64,000 bases of DNA from Clostridia bacterium. Its GTDB lineage: Bacteria > Bacillota > Clostridia > Oscillospirales > CAG-272. The stretch covers positions 65,709 through 129,708 of the forward strand of contig JAGAKG010000041.1 in the NCBI GenBank assembly GCA_017625755.1. The letters run 5' to 3'. The position numbers and the translations under genes are program-made. Of this stretch, positions 17,121 to 25,244 are shown piece by piece. Below the pieces are notes generated by a model. The model was not told where the DNA came from, made no database searches, and saw only the letters and a program-made list of their open reading frames with translations. Numbering within the stretch: the first letter of the stretch is position 1; every line of letters starts with the position of its first letter.

Positions 17121-18008
17121 ATGGAGAAATTCAAATTCGGAAGAAGCCTTGAAGAGTTGAAGTTAGCCTTCGCCTCCGGTGAGGAAGTTCTAAAAGAGGA
17201 CGAATACCTCGGAGACGACGGTCTCCCTTATTGCAATAAGTGTAAGACGAGACGCTGCTTCGTATCGGAGGACGAGAAGTTCGCTATGCGTGGTATGTGT
17301 CAATGCCAAGAGGCGGAGATGAAACGCCAAGAGGAAGAAAAGAAACGCCAGCAAAGGATAACTCGTTTTAATATGAGTATTGAAAACGCTCTCATCGGAG
17401 AACGCTATCGAAAGTGTCGCTTTGATACGGCGGTTATAACGAAGGCGAATCACTCCGCTTTCGAGAAGTGTAGAAACTACGCTACGAACTACCGAGAGGT
17501 ATTAAGGCAAAATATAGGTCTTTATATCTACGGCGACAACTCCTCCGGCAAGACCTATCTCACGGCTTGCTTGTGTAACGAGTTGTTGTGGAACGGAGCG
17601 GAATGTATCTACACGAACCTCGCCTCTATCCTGGCGGAAATCCGAAGTTCCTACGACGGAAACGGTATGGGAGAATGTCGATTGCTTCGACAACTCCAAA
17701 GATACGACTTCGCCTTCATCGACGACCTTGGGAAAGAGTTCCTTGGAAGAGAGTTCAACGCAGCGTCCTCAAAATGGGCGGAAGAAAAACTCTTCGAGGT
17801 TCTCAATGCAAGATACAACTCGCAGAAGCCGACGATATTCTCGTCGAACTACTCTATCGGCGAACTTGCAAGCCTTCTCAATCTCGATAAGGCTATCGTG
17901 GAAAGAATCAACGAAATGTCTACGAGGGTTATCAAACTCGAAGGAGACGATTTTAGAAAATTAGTCCGAGAAGAAAAGAGCGACATCGCCAAGTCTCTCG
18001 GAATATAA
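17121..18008 (+). CDS. DnaC/IstB-like helicase-loader ATPase
   Basis: Walker A GDNSSGKT, Walker B FAFIDDLG. N-terminal Cys cluster. Confidence 0.75.
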   Translation: MEKFKFGRSLEELKLAFASGEEVLKEDEYLGDDGLPYCNKCKTRRCFVSEDEKFAMRGMCQCQEAEMKRQEEEKKRQQRITRFNMSIENALIGERYRKCRFDTAVITKANHSAFEKCRNYATNYREVLRQNIGLYIYGDNSSGKTYLTACLCNELLWNGAECIYTNLASILAEIRSSYDGNGMGECRLLRQLQRYDFAFIDDLGKEFLGREFNAASSKWAEEKLFEVLNARYNSQKPTIFSSNYSIGELASLLNLDKAIVERINEMSTRVIKLEGDDFRKLVREEKSDIAKSLGI

Positions 18009-18018
18009 GGAGAAAAAA

Positions 18019-18603
18019 ATGAAAATAGTTATCCAAGAAACGATGTTTGACACGCTTCTCAAAGGTGTAGCGAAGTCGGTGGCGGCGGACGACTACCGAA
18101 GAGAATTAAAATTTATCAAAATCGTAGTAAAGAAGGATTCGCTTGCGGCTTATTCGTGTAGCGGATATACGGCGGCGAGAGTTATCTACGACCTCGAAAG
18201 TAACGAGGCGGAGTTCACTTGCTATATAAAGCCTATACCATTTAAGGCGAGCAAAAGCGGAGCAAACTCGGTAACAATAGAATTGACGGAAGGCGTAGCC
18301 TCCGTAGAAGTTCCTACCGAATACGGAACGCTCCGATATTCCTTCGACCAGCCGAAGGAATGGACGGTAGACATTGAAAAAGTGTTTGCGGACGCAAAAC
18401 AACACGACCGAGAGGTTGGCGTAAATGCCGTTTATGTTGCGAGGGCATTGAAGATGTTGGCGTCGACAAGTCTCGACAGAAACAAACTCGCTATCATCGA
18501 GAGTAAGGATAGCAAAACCGGCGCTTTTTGCATAAGAGCGAGCCGAAAAGGTTTTGCTTGCGACCAACTTATCTTACCGATCAGAATCATCGAGGAGGGT
18601 TAA
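18019..18603 (+). CDS. hypothetical replication-module protein
   Basis: Position only; no motif recognised. Confidence 0.4.
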   Translation: MKIVIQETMFDTLLKGVAKSVAADDYRRELKFIKIVVKKDSLAAYSCSGYTAARVIYDLESNEAEFTCYIKPIPFKASKSGANSVTIELTEGVASVEVPTEYGTLRYSFDQPKEWTVDIEKVFADAKQHDREVGVNAVYVARALKMLASTSLDRNKLAIIESKDSKTGAFCIRASRKGFACDQLILPIRIIEEG

Positions 18604-18605
18604 AA

Positions 18606-18809
18606 ATGCCGAAATGCAAAGGCTGCCAAGCCGAGATAATATGGATAAAGACGGTAAACGGAAAGAATATGCCGTGTAACGCCGAAAAGACGACTATCGT
18701 AACCGAGAGCGGCGAGACTATTGTAGGACATATCCCTCATTGGTCTACTTGCCCTCAATTCAAAAACTTTAAGAGAGGGAGCGATTTAGTTCCGAAGGAG
18801 GGAAAATGA
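18606..18809 (+). CDS. small zinc-ribbon-like protein
   Basis: CKGC ... C ... H..C pattern. ATG at 18606 after GAGGAGGG. Confidence 0.45.
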   Translation: MPKCKGCQAEIIWIKTVNGKNMPCNAEKTTIVTESGETIVGHIPHWSTCPQFKNFKRGSDLVPKEGK

Positions 18810-19366
18810 GAGTTGATATATTTTCGGAGACCGAAAAAGAAAAATACAACATCATTTACGCCGACCCTCCTTGGAGGTTTAATGTGTGGTCGAGAGACAC
18901 CGGTTTAGAGCGATGCGCGGATAGGCATTATCCGACGATGACAAAAGAGGAAATCGAAAATCTTCCGGTCAAAGAAATTGCTTGCAAAAACGCCGTTTTG
19001 TTTTTATGGGTAACCTATCCTTGTCTTGAACAAGGTTTAGAACTTATAAAGAAATGGGGTTTTACATACAAAACCTGTGCCTTCTCTTGGGTAAAACTCA
19101 ATAAAAAATCAAATACCGATTTTGTTGGTATGGGGTACTACACGAGGGCGAATAACGAAATCTGCCTTCTCGCAACAAGAGGAAAACCTCTCGAAAGAAA
19201 AAACAAGTCGGTTAGACAAATTGTTATGACACCTATCGAGAGACATAGCAAAAAACCAGACGAAGTAAGAGATAGGATAGTTTCTCTCTTCGGCGACTTA
19301 CCAAGGATAGAGTTGTTTGCACGAGAACACTCGGAAGGTTGGTTCTGCTGGGGAAATGAGGTATAG
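18806..19366 (+). CDS. MT-A70-family N6-adenine DNA methyltransferase
   Basis: IIYADPPWRF (DPPW catalytic motif). Size and layout typical of phage orphan MTases. Confidence 0.8.
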   Translation: MRVDIFSETEKEKYNIIYADPPWRFNVWSRDTGLERCADRHYPTMTKEEIENLPVKEIACKNAVLFLWVTYPCLEQGLELIKKWGFTYKTCAFSWVKLNKKSNTDFVGMGYYTRANNEICLLATRGKPLERKNKSVRQIVMTPIERHSKKPDEVRDRIVSLFGDLPRIELFAREHSEGWFCWGNEV

Positions 19367-19376
19367 GAGGTAAAAT

Positions 19377-19862
19377 ATGAATTATAAAAACGAAGCAACG
19401 GAAATCCTCGAAGAGTTTGCGAGTTCGTATAGCGAGGTCGATAGAAATCGACTTGCAAAAAAACTTGAAGATATTGCAAAGGTGGCGCAAACGCCTCCTC
19501 CTAACGCAAAGTACGGAGAGTTGTTGAGGCTCGTAGCCGAGAATCCCTCTCTCCCGGTCGTTCCTATGGTATATTCCGAGGTTGTGCAAGACGACGGCTA
19601 TGCTTGGTGGCTTGGTTCGTTCGGAGGAGTCTCCGTCGATGAGTATGTAATTTTCAAGTCAAGCAAGTACGACGACGGAAAGTATTATACCAAGGACGAC
19701 GAGGACGAAATCGAAGAAATTATAGCCGAGTGGGTCTCGGAAGAAAATCCTCAAATGTCCGAGTCGGAGATTTTTGCGGAGGCGCATAGACAAGCCGAGG
19801 CTCTTCCTTGGAAGAAGGCAATTCTTGTGTATATAGGTCTCCCGGAGGTTGACGATGAATAA
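19377..19862 (+). CDS. hypothetical acidic protein
   Basis: GGAGG RBS. Acid-rich C-terminal half. Confidence 0.4.
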   Translation: MNYKNEATEILEEFASSYSEVDRNRLAKKLEDIAKVAQTPPPNAKYGELLRLVAENPSLPVVPMVYSEVVQDDGYAWWLGSFGGVSVDEYVIFKSSKYDDGKYYTKDDEDEIEEIIAEWVSEENPQMSESEIFAEAHRQAEALPWKKAILVYIGLPEVDDE

Positions 19863-20685
19863 GCGTAAGCACATCGTTTTTATATCTTGGGGCAAGGATA
19901 GCCTCGCTCAACTTATCTTGATGATTTTGCAAGGGATTCACTTCGACGAGGTTGTGTATGTCGATATACGCTTCAATAAGAAGCGAAGCGGCGAACACCG
20001 CAAAATGGAGGCGTGGATTCCGATAGCAAAGCGGATTCTTTGGGAGAAGTTCGGTATCAAGGTTAAGGTCTTGAAAGCAAAGTACACCTTCCAAGAATAC
20101 TTTTACAAGCAAAAAGAGAAAGGCGAAAAAGCCGGCGAGATATACGGATTCCCCTACACGATAGGCGCTTGGTGTAATTCGAGGCTCAAAGTCCAGGTTA
20201 TAAACGAGTACATAAACTCTCTTGATTGCCCGGTTACGGAATATGTCGGAATCGCCTACGACGAGCCTTGGAGATATGTCGACCTCGTTGCAAAGAACAA
20301 CGAAAAAATCGAATACCGTTCAATCCTCTTCGAGCAGAAGATAACCGAGGAGCAAGCCTTCGAGATATGCCGACCTTATGACCTTATAAGTCCGAAGTAT
20401 AAATGCGGCGGATTCCGAGGCGGTTGTTGGTTCTGTGTCAAACAATGCTACGCCGACCTCTACGAACTGTGGCGAGAATACCCGGAGGACTTTCAAGAAC
20501 TCGTGGATATGGAGCAAGAAAGTCCAAACCGATTCAATCGGAATATTCCCCTCTCGGAAATTAAGAAGAGGTTCGAGCAAGGGTATGTACCGAAGCGAAT
20601 CACAAAACGAAAAAAGATATTCGACTACGATAGACTTGACGAGTATATCGCAGCGAGAAAAAACAAGAAGGAGATACCGGAATGA
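19855..20685 (+). CDS. PAPS-reductase-like PP-loop ATPase family protein
   Basis: HIVFISWGKDS PP-loop. C-terminal GGCWFC. ATG at 19855 preferred over TTG at 19849 (GGAGG 6 nt upstream). Confidence 0.65.
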   Translation: MNKRKHIVFISWGKDSLAQLILMILQGIHFDEVVYVDIRFNKKRSGEHRKMEAWIPIAKRILWEKFGIKVKVLKAKYTFQEYFYKQKEKGEKAGEIYGFPYTIGAWCNSRLKVQVINEYINSLDCPVTEYVGIAYDEPWRYVDLVAKNNEKIEYRSILFEQKITEEQAFEICRPYDLISPKYKCGGFRGGCWFCVKQCYADLYELWREYPEDFQELVDMEQESPNRFNRNIPLSEIKKRFEQGYVPKRITKRKKIFDYDRLDEYIAARKNKKEIPE

Positions 20686-21137
20686 AAATCAATAAACCAA
20701 AAAGACTCAAAACACTTCCTCAATACTTCGAGGAAATCATCAAAGGTAATAAGCGAGCCGAGTTGAGGTTCAATGACCGAGACTTCAAGGTCGGAGACAT
20801 CTACGAACTCGAAGAGTACGACGGAAAGACCTACACCGGGCGCTCTGTTACGGTGCGAATCACGCATATTCTCGAAGCCTTCGAGGGTCTTGCGAAAGGC
20901 TGGTGTATGTTCTCGTTCGTAACGCTCGGAGAGGCGAAAGAGAGTTGCCTCAACAAAATCGAAGAGATTCGACTCATCGGAAGCGCCGATTGCAACCAAA
21001 CAATGAACGCTCTCAAAGAGTGCGTCGAGAACTACCAAAACAAAGGCTTGTCTTGCGAAATAAACTACAAGCCGACCGTCGAACACGACGAGACCGACTA
21101 TACGGTTCATAATATCATCGTTATTGGGAGGAAATAA
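20682..21137 (+). CDS. DUF3850/ASCH-like small beta-barrel protein
   Basis: LKTLPQYFEEIIKGNKRAELRFNDRDFKVGDIYELEEYD is a typical DUF3850 N-terminus. Confidence 0.6.
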   Translation: MKINKPKRLKTLPQYFEEIIKGNKRAELRFNDRDFKVGDIYELEEYDGKTYTGRSVTVRITHILEAFEGLAKGWCMFSFVTLGEAKESCLNKIEEIRLIGSADCNQTMNALKECVENYQNKGLSCEINYKPTVEHDETDYTVHNIIVIGRK

Positions 21138-21139
21138 CA

Positions 21140-21517
21140 ATGGCAAAGAAAAGAACAATCGACATCTTCGACCTTCTGCCTCCGGAAGCCTTCGTCCAGA
21201 TAGACGAACTCGGATATAACTTCTTGAAGGAACACGGCTACGATGTAGAAGGCGCAATCGAATCCGAAGAGAAACGGAAGGAAATCAAGAAGGCGCTCAA
21301 AGAGAACGGCGAAGAACTCCGCTATTCCGGCGCTTTCAACGACGAAACTCGTGCGATTCTTATATGGTACGAGTTATATAGAGGCAAAGAAAAGGTAGCA
21401 ACGAGCCTCGGCTTGAAGTTCTTGCCGAAGCCTTCGGAAGGAGGAGAAAATGGAGAAGGACGAGAAGATAGCGAAAATCAAGAAAGACCTTCGCCGGTTA
21501 CGGAAGATAACGCATAG
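21140..21517 (+). CDS. hypothetical protein
   Basis: Operon packing. Overlaps the next gene by 68 nt. Confidence 0.4.
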   Translation: MAKKRTIDIFDLLPPEAFVQIDELGYNFLKEHGYDVEGAIESEEKRKEIKKALKENGEELRYSGAFNDETRAILIWYELYRGKEKVATSLGLKFLPKPSEGGENGEGREDSENQERPSPVTEDNA

Positions 21518-21854
21518 CGTCGAGGTCGCCTTGCAAGTCAAGGAAAGGCACGAGAGACGGCTTTCCTACCTTGAACGAGAGAAGCCTTCCAAGGAGAACA
21601 TCGAGGAGGCGCAAAAGATTCGCAAGAATCTCGCCTCCCTCCGAATCGACGATATTATCAAGGAGGCGACGACGCTCGAATCGCTCTATATGGAAGCAAT
21701 AAGCAAGTTAGAGCCTCTCGATAGGACGATAATCCTGGACGGCTACATAAACGGCAAGGCGTATTGGAAAATCGGTCGAGACATCGGCTACACCGAGGTC
21801 GGAATACAAAAGAGAGTCAATAAGATTATAGAAATCTTGGCGAATCTCATATAA
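21450..21854 (+). CDS. late-gene transcriptional regulator (sigma-70 region-4-like HTH)
   Basis: GGAGGAG RBS. C-terminus AYWKIGRDIGYTEVGIQKRVNKIIE is HTH-like. Last gene before the terminator, tRNAs and packaging module. Confidence 0.55.
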   Translation: MEKDEKIAKIKKDLRRLRKITHSVEVALQVKERHERRLSYLEREKPSKENIEEAQKIRKNLASLRIDDIIKEATTLESLYMEAISKLEPLDRTIILDGYINGKAYWKIGRDIGYTEVGIQKRVNKIIEILANLI

Positions 21855-21859
21855 AAACC

Positions 21860-21900
21860 ACTATACGAGGCAAAGAGTATTGTCTCGTATAGTTTTATTT
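21860..21900 (+). terminator. rho-independent terminator ending the early/middle operon
   Basis: 10-bp stem ACTATACGAG / CTCGTATAGT followed by TTTTATTT. Confidence 0.75.
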
Positions 21901-21937
21901 GTGCGATAATGTATCGTGAAGAGGAGAAATCCTTTAT

Positions 21938-22013
21938 AGCAGCGTGGTGTAACGGCAACATTCCCGGCTCATAACCGTGGAGATTAGCGGTTCAAATCCG
22001 CTCGCTGCAACCA
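21938..22013 (+). tRNA. phage tRNA, anticodon CAT (Met/fMet/Ile2 not resolvable)
   Basis: Hand-folded cloverleaf. Acceptor AGCAGCG/CGCTGCA (A1.A72 mismatch), D arm GTGT/ACAT, anticodon loop CTCATAA. T arm AGCGG-TTCAAAT-CCGCT, encoded A-CCA. One C.U mismatch in the anticodon stem. Confidence 0.7.
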
Positions 22014-22016
22014 TAT

Positions 22017-22091
22017 TGGGGAGTCGCCAAGCGGTAAGGCACGAGACTTTGACCCTCGTATACGAATGTCCGACTCATTCCTCCCCAGCCA
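22017..22091 (+). tRNA. phage tRNA-Gln(TTG)
   Basis: Acceptor TGGGGAG/CTCCCCA with U1-A72. The 5' third (TCGCCAAGCGGTAAGGCA) matches my recollection of E. coli tRNA-Gln. Anticodon loop CTTTGAC. T arm GAATG-TCCGACT-CATTC (non-canonical T-loop), G-CCA end. Confidence 0.85.
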
Positions 22092-22184
22092 AAACCGATG
22101 TGTTTCCTCGAAAGAGGTTGCGAGAGTTGTGGGTGCGGTAGTGTAAAAGCAGATAACCCTCAAAAACTTCAAAGGAGACGATAT

Positions 22185-22667
22185 ATGAACTTCAAGCAAG
22201 CGTTAGAAGCGATGAAGAAAGGACACAAAGTAAAACTCCCTTCTTGGGGAGGTTATTGGGAGTACGACGCTTCCATTGACGGAATTGTGATTCATTGTAA
22301 AGAAGGCAACATTCTTTATAATTGCACCGAGAGACTTCTTTACACGGCGGAAAACATCATCTCGGACGAGTGGATTATCGCCGACGAGAACAATACAACC
22401 ATTCTCGGAGGAGAGGCGACCTTCAACTTCGGAGAGGCTATCAAGTACCTCAAAAGAGGATTCAAGGTTGCAAGAAAAGGTTGGAACGGAAAAGGCATTT
22501 ATCTTGAAATGCAAAAACCGGACGAAAACTCCAAAATGACCTTGCCTTATATCTACATCGTTACAAATACTCTCGTATCGGATAATCCTCACGCTCCTCG
22601 TGGTATCGTTCCGTGGTTGGCTTCACAGACCGATATGCTTTGCGAGGATTGGGTGTTCGTGGATTAA
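22185..22667 (+). CDS. tandem DUF2829 (Tad2-like) protein
   Basis: Two repeats. Repeat 1: FKQALEAMKKGHKVKLPSW...ISDEWIIA. Repeat 2: FNFGEAIKYLKRGFKVARKGWNGKGIYL...IVPWLASQTDMLCEDWVFV, a classic DUF2829 signature. AAGGAGA RBS. Confidence 0.7.
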   Translation: MNFKQALEAMKKGHKVKLPSWGGYWEYDASIDGIVIHCKEGNILYNCTERLLYTAENIISDEWIIADENNTTILGGEATFNFGEAIKYLKRGFKVARKGWNGKGIYLEMQKPDENSKMTLPYIYIVTNTLVSDNPHAPRGIVPWLASQTDMLCEDWVFVD

Positions 22668-22676
22668 GGAGGCAAT

Positions 22677-23246
22677 ATGGCACAAGGCAAGAAGTACAAT
22701 GACGACTTGAAAGAACGAGCCTTCGCCCTTCTTGCTTGTAACAATAGCGTCGCCTATGTCGCAAAGGAACTCGACCTCCCTTATTCGACGGTCAAGACCT
22801 GGGAGAAGAAGTTCCTTGCTCAAAGCGAAGAGTTGGCAAGGCAAGAGAAGGAACGAGACGACGGCTCTCCGAATGACGAAGTTACGAAGTCAAATGATGA
22901 ATTAGACCTCGCAAAACTTCGCAAAAAGAAAAAAGAAGAGTTTGTCGAGAGCGCTTGGGGTCTCATCTCCAAGTGCGAAACTCTTATAGAGAGACGGCTC
23001 AATCGTGCAATCGGAAGCGAAGATGTGATTGACGAACTTCTCGGCGAAATCCTCCAACTCGACCACAAAGAGTTGACCGAACCTCAAAGGAAGGCGCTCT
23101 ATTCGAGAATCGCTGCTATCAAGATTGAGAATGTCAAGGAACTTGCGGTCGTTCTCGGAACGCTTTACGATAAGCAAGCGCTCGCCAACAAGGAGGCGAC
23201 CTCTATCGTCGATAACAATGTAACGATAAAGTTCGAGGACTTGTGA
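22677..23246 (+). CDS. terS: terminase small subunit
   Basis: N-terminal HTH (NNSVAYVAKELDLPYSTVKTW). Immediately upstream of terL. Confidence 0.6.
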   Translation: MAQGKKYNDDLKERAFALLACNNSVAYVAKELDLPYSTVKTWEKKFLAQSEELARQEKERDDGSPNDEVTKSNDELDLAKLRKKKKEEFVESAWGLISKCETLIERRLNRAIGSEDVIDELLGEILQLDHKELTEPQRKALYSRIAAIKIENVKELAVVLGTLYDKQALANKEATSIVDNNVTIKFEDL

Positions 23247-23247
23247 T

Positions 23248-25062
23248 ATGGATATAACGATTCAAGACATCATCGACAAACGCAAGAAGCGTTGGGAGGA
23301 ACGCCACGACATCGAGTTCGACAAGGTTCTCGTTCGTGCGTCGGTCGTGAAGATTCTGCAAACGCCCTCTCTCCGAGACGAGATTGTTGCGAGACCGTAT
23401 CTCTTGATACCTATTGCGTTCTACATAGTCGACAAGAAAAGAAACACCGTTCCGTTCTTCTTCAATGAGGTTCAAGAGGACTTCATAAACAAGTTGGAGA
23501 CGCTCGGAACGAATAAGCCGTTCTTCGTCCTTAAAGGCAGACAACAAGGCTTTACGAGCGTTATAACGGCGATTCAGTTGTCATTCGCTATCGTTCGTAA
23601 GAACTTCTCCGGCTTTACTATGGCGGATAGAACGGATAACACAATGGCGATATTCAACGACAAGGCGAGAGTCGTCTACGATAGACTCCCGGAGGAACTC
23701 AAACCTTCCGAGAAGTTCAACTCTCGAAACGAGATGTTCTTCGACAAACTCAATTCGTCTTGGCGTATTGCTACGGCTACCGACCAGGTAGGTCGTTCGA
23801 GAACGCTTAACTTCGTTCACTTCTCCGAGGTTGCTTTCTATGAGTGTAACCTCTCCGACCTTCAAGCCGGTATCGGCGAAGCAATAACCGCCGGAGCGAT
23901 TCAAGTCTACGAGACTACGGCAAACGGATTCAACCAAGCGAAAGACCTCTGGGATTCCGAGAGTTGTCATAACCTCTTCTATGAGTGGTGGCGCTCCCCG
24001 GAATATAGGTCTACCGAGTACGAATACCTCGAAACACAAGACCCTTGGCTCATCGAGAGAAAGAAGGTTCTTGAAGCGAAAGGTTGCGATAAGGAACAAA
24101 TCACTTGGTATTGTAAGAAGTACGACTCTTATCTCGATAAGAACACTATCAAGCAAGAATATCCGATAACACCGACAGAAGCCTTCGTATCGAGTGGCGA
24201 TTGCGTATTCGATAAAGAGGCTATCAATAACCAAATCGCTCGTTGTGTGTCCTTGCAAGCGCCTCGTAGAGGCTATTTTACCTACAAGAAGGAAGCAATA
24301 CCGATTCCGAACTCCGAAGGCGTTATGGTAGATGTCGAATGGAAGATAAAAGACATCGAGTTCGTAGAGAGCCGAGACGGATATATCTTCCTCCACGAAG
24401 AGCCGAGAGTCAAGGTCAAGGACGGAGAAATCACTCACAAAGCGCCTTACTCCCTCGGAGGAGATACGGCTGGAACCGGCAAGGACTATTTTACCGGGAA
24501 GGTTATATGCAACCTCGACGACAAGACGGTTGCAACACTACACAAGCAATATATCGACGAGGACTTATACGCCGAGCAAATGTATTGTCTCGGAAAGTAT
24601 TACCACGACGCTCTCATCGGTATCGAAATCAACTATTCGAGACAACCGACGAGAATCCTTCAAAAGAAGTACAATTATCCAAACCTCTATATGCGAGAGA
24701 GGCTTGACGGTGCTTCGGATAGGTCGGTTATGGACTACGGCTTCGAGACAACCTCTCGAACGAAGCCTATAATCATCGGAGAACTCGTCGAACTTATGAG
24801 GAATAATCCCTACATTGAAGAGGATATTCCGACCCTAAAAGAAATGACGACCTTCGTCAAGAAAGAAAACGGCAAGTTGGAGGCAATCGACGGTTGCCAC
24901 GACGACCTCGTTATGGCGAAGGCTATCGCTCACTTCATATCAAAGAAACAGACACGAACCTGGATTGAGGTCATTCCGACCGATAACGAGTTTATCTCGG
25001 AGAACTTCAATCTCGGAGAAGCCGGAGGCAACGAAGGCTTTATGAGTTGGGAGGACTTCTAA
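23248..25062 (+). CDS. terL: terminase large subunit
   Basis: Walker A-like VLKGRQQGFTS, Walker B-like LNFVHFSEVAF. C-terminal nuclease block GGDTAGTGKDY...HDDLVMAKAIA. Confidence 0.85.
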   Translation: MDITIQDIIDKRKKRWEERHDIEFDKVLVRASVVKILQTPSLRDEIVARPYLLIPIAFYIVDKKRNTVPFFFNEVQEDFINKLETLGTNKPFFVLKGRQQGFTSVITAIQLSFAIVRKNFSGFTMADRTDNTMAIFNDKARVVYDRLPEELKPSEKFNSRNEMFFDKLNSSWRIATATDQVGRSRTLNFVHFSEVAFYECNLSDLQAGIGEAITAGAIQVYETTANGFNQAKDLWDSESCHNLFYEWWRSPEYRSTEYEYLETQDPWLIERKKVLEAKGCDKEQITWYCKKYDSYLDKNTIKQEYPITPTEAFVSSGDCVFDKEAINNQIARCVSLQAPRRGYFTYKKEAIPIPNSEGVMVDVEWKIKDIEFVESRDGYIFLHEEPRVKVKDGEITHKAPYSLGGDTAGTGKDYFTGKVICNLDDKTVATLHKQYIDEDLYAEQMYCLGKYYHDALIGIEINYSRQPTRILQKKYNYPNLYMRERLDGASDRSVMDYGFETTSRTKPIIIGELVELMRNNPYIEEDIPTLKEMTTFVKKENGKLEAIDGCHDDLVMAKAIAHFISKKQTRTWIEVIPTDNEFISENFNLGEAGGNEGFMSWEDF

Positions 25063-25244
25063 TGAGCATTTTCAAGAAAATCTTCAAGCGACCTTCTTTA
25101 AGAGAGCGTGTAGCGACGCTCGAAAAGGCGGTTGCGGAGTTAAGCAAAAAGACAATATCAAAAACCACCACGGAGCAAGACGAGCCTCCTACGCCTACGC
25201 AGATTTTGGACGAGTGGTTCAACGGTAAGGAGGACGACGAATAA
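25062..25244 (+). CDS. small hypothetical protein between terL and portal
   Basis: ATG overlaps the terL stop (TAATG). Confidence 0.4.
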   Translation: MSIFKKIFKRPSLRERVATLEKAVAELSKKTISKTTTEQDEPPTPTQILDEWFNGKEDDE

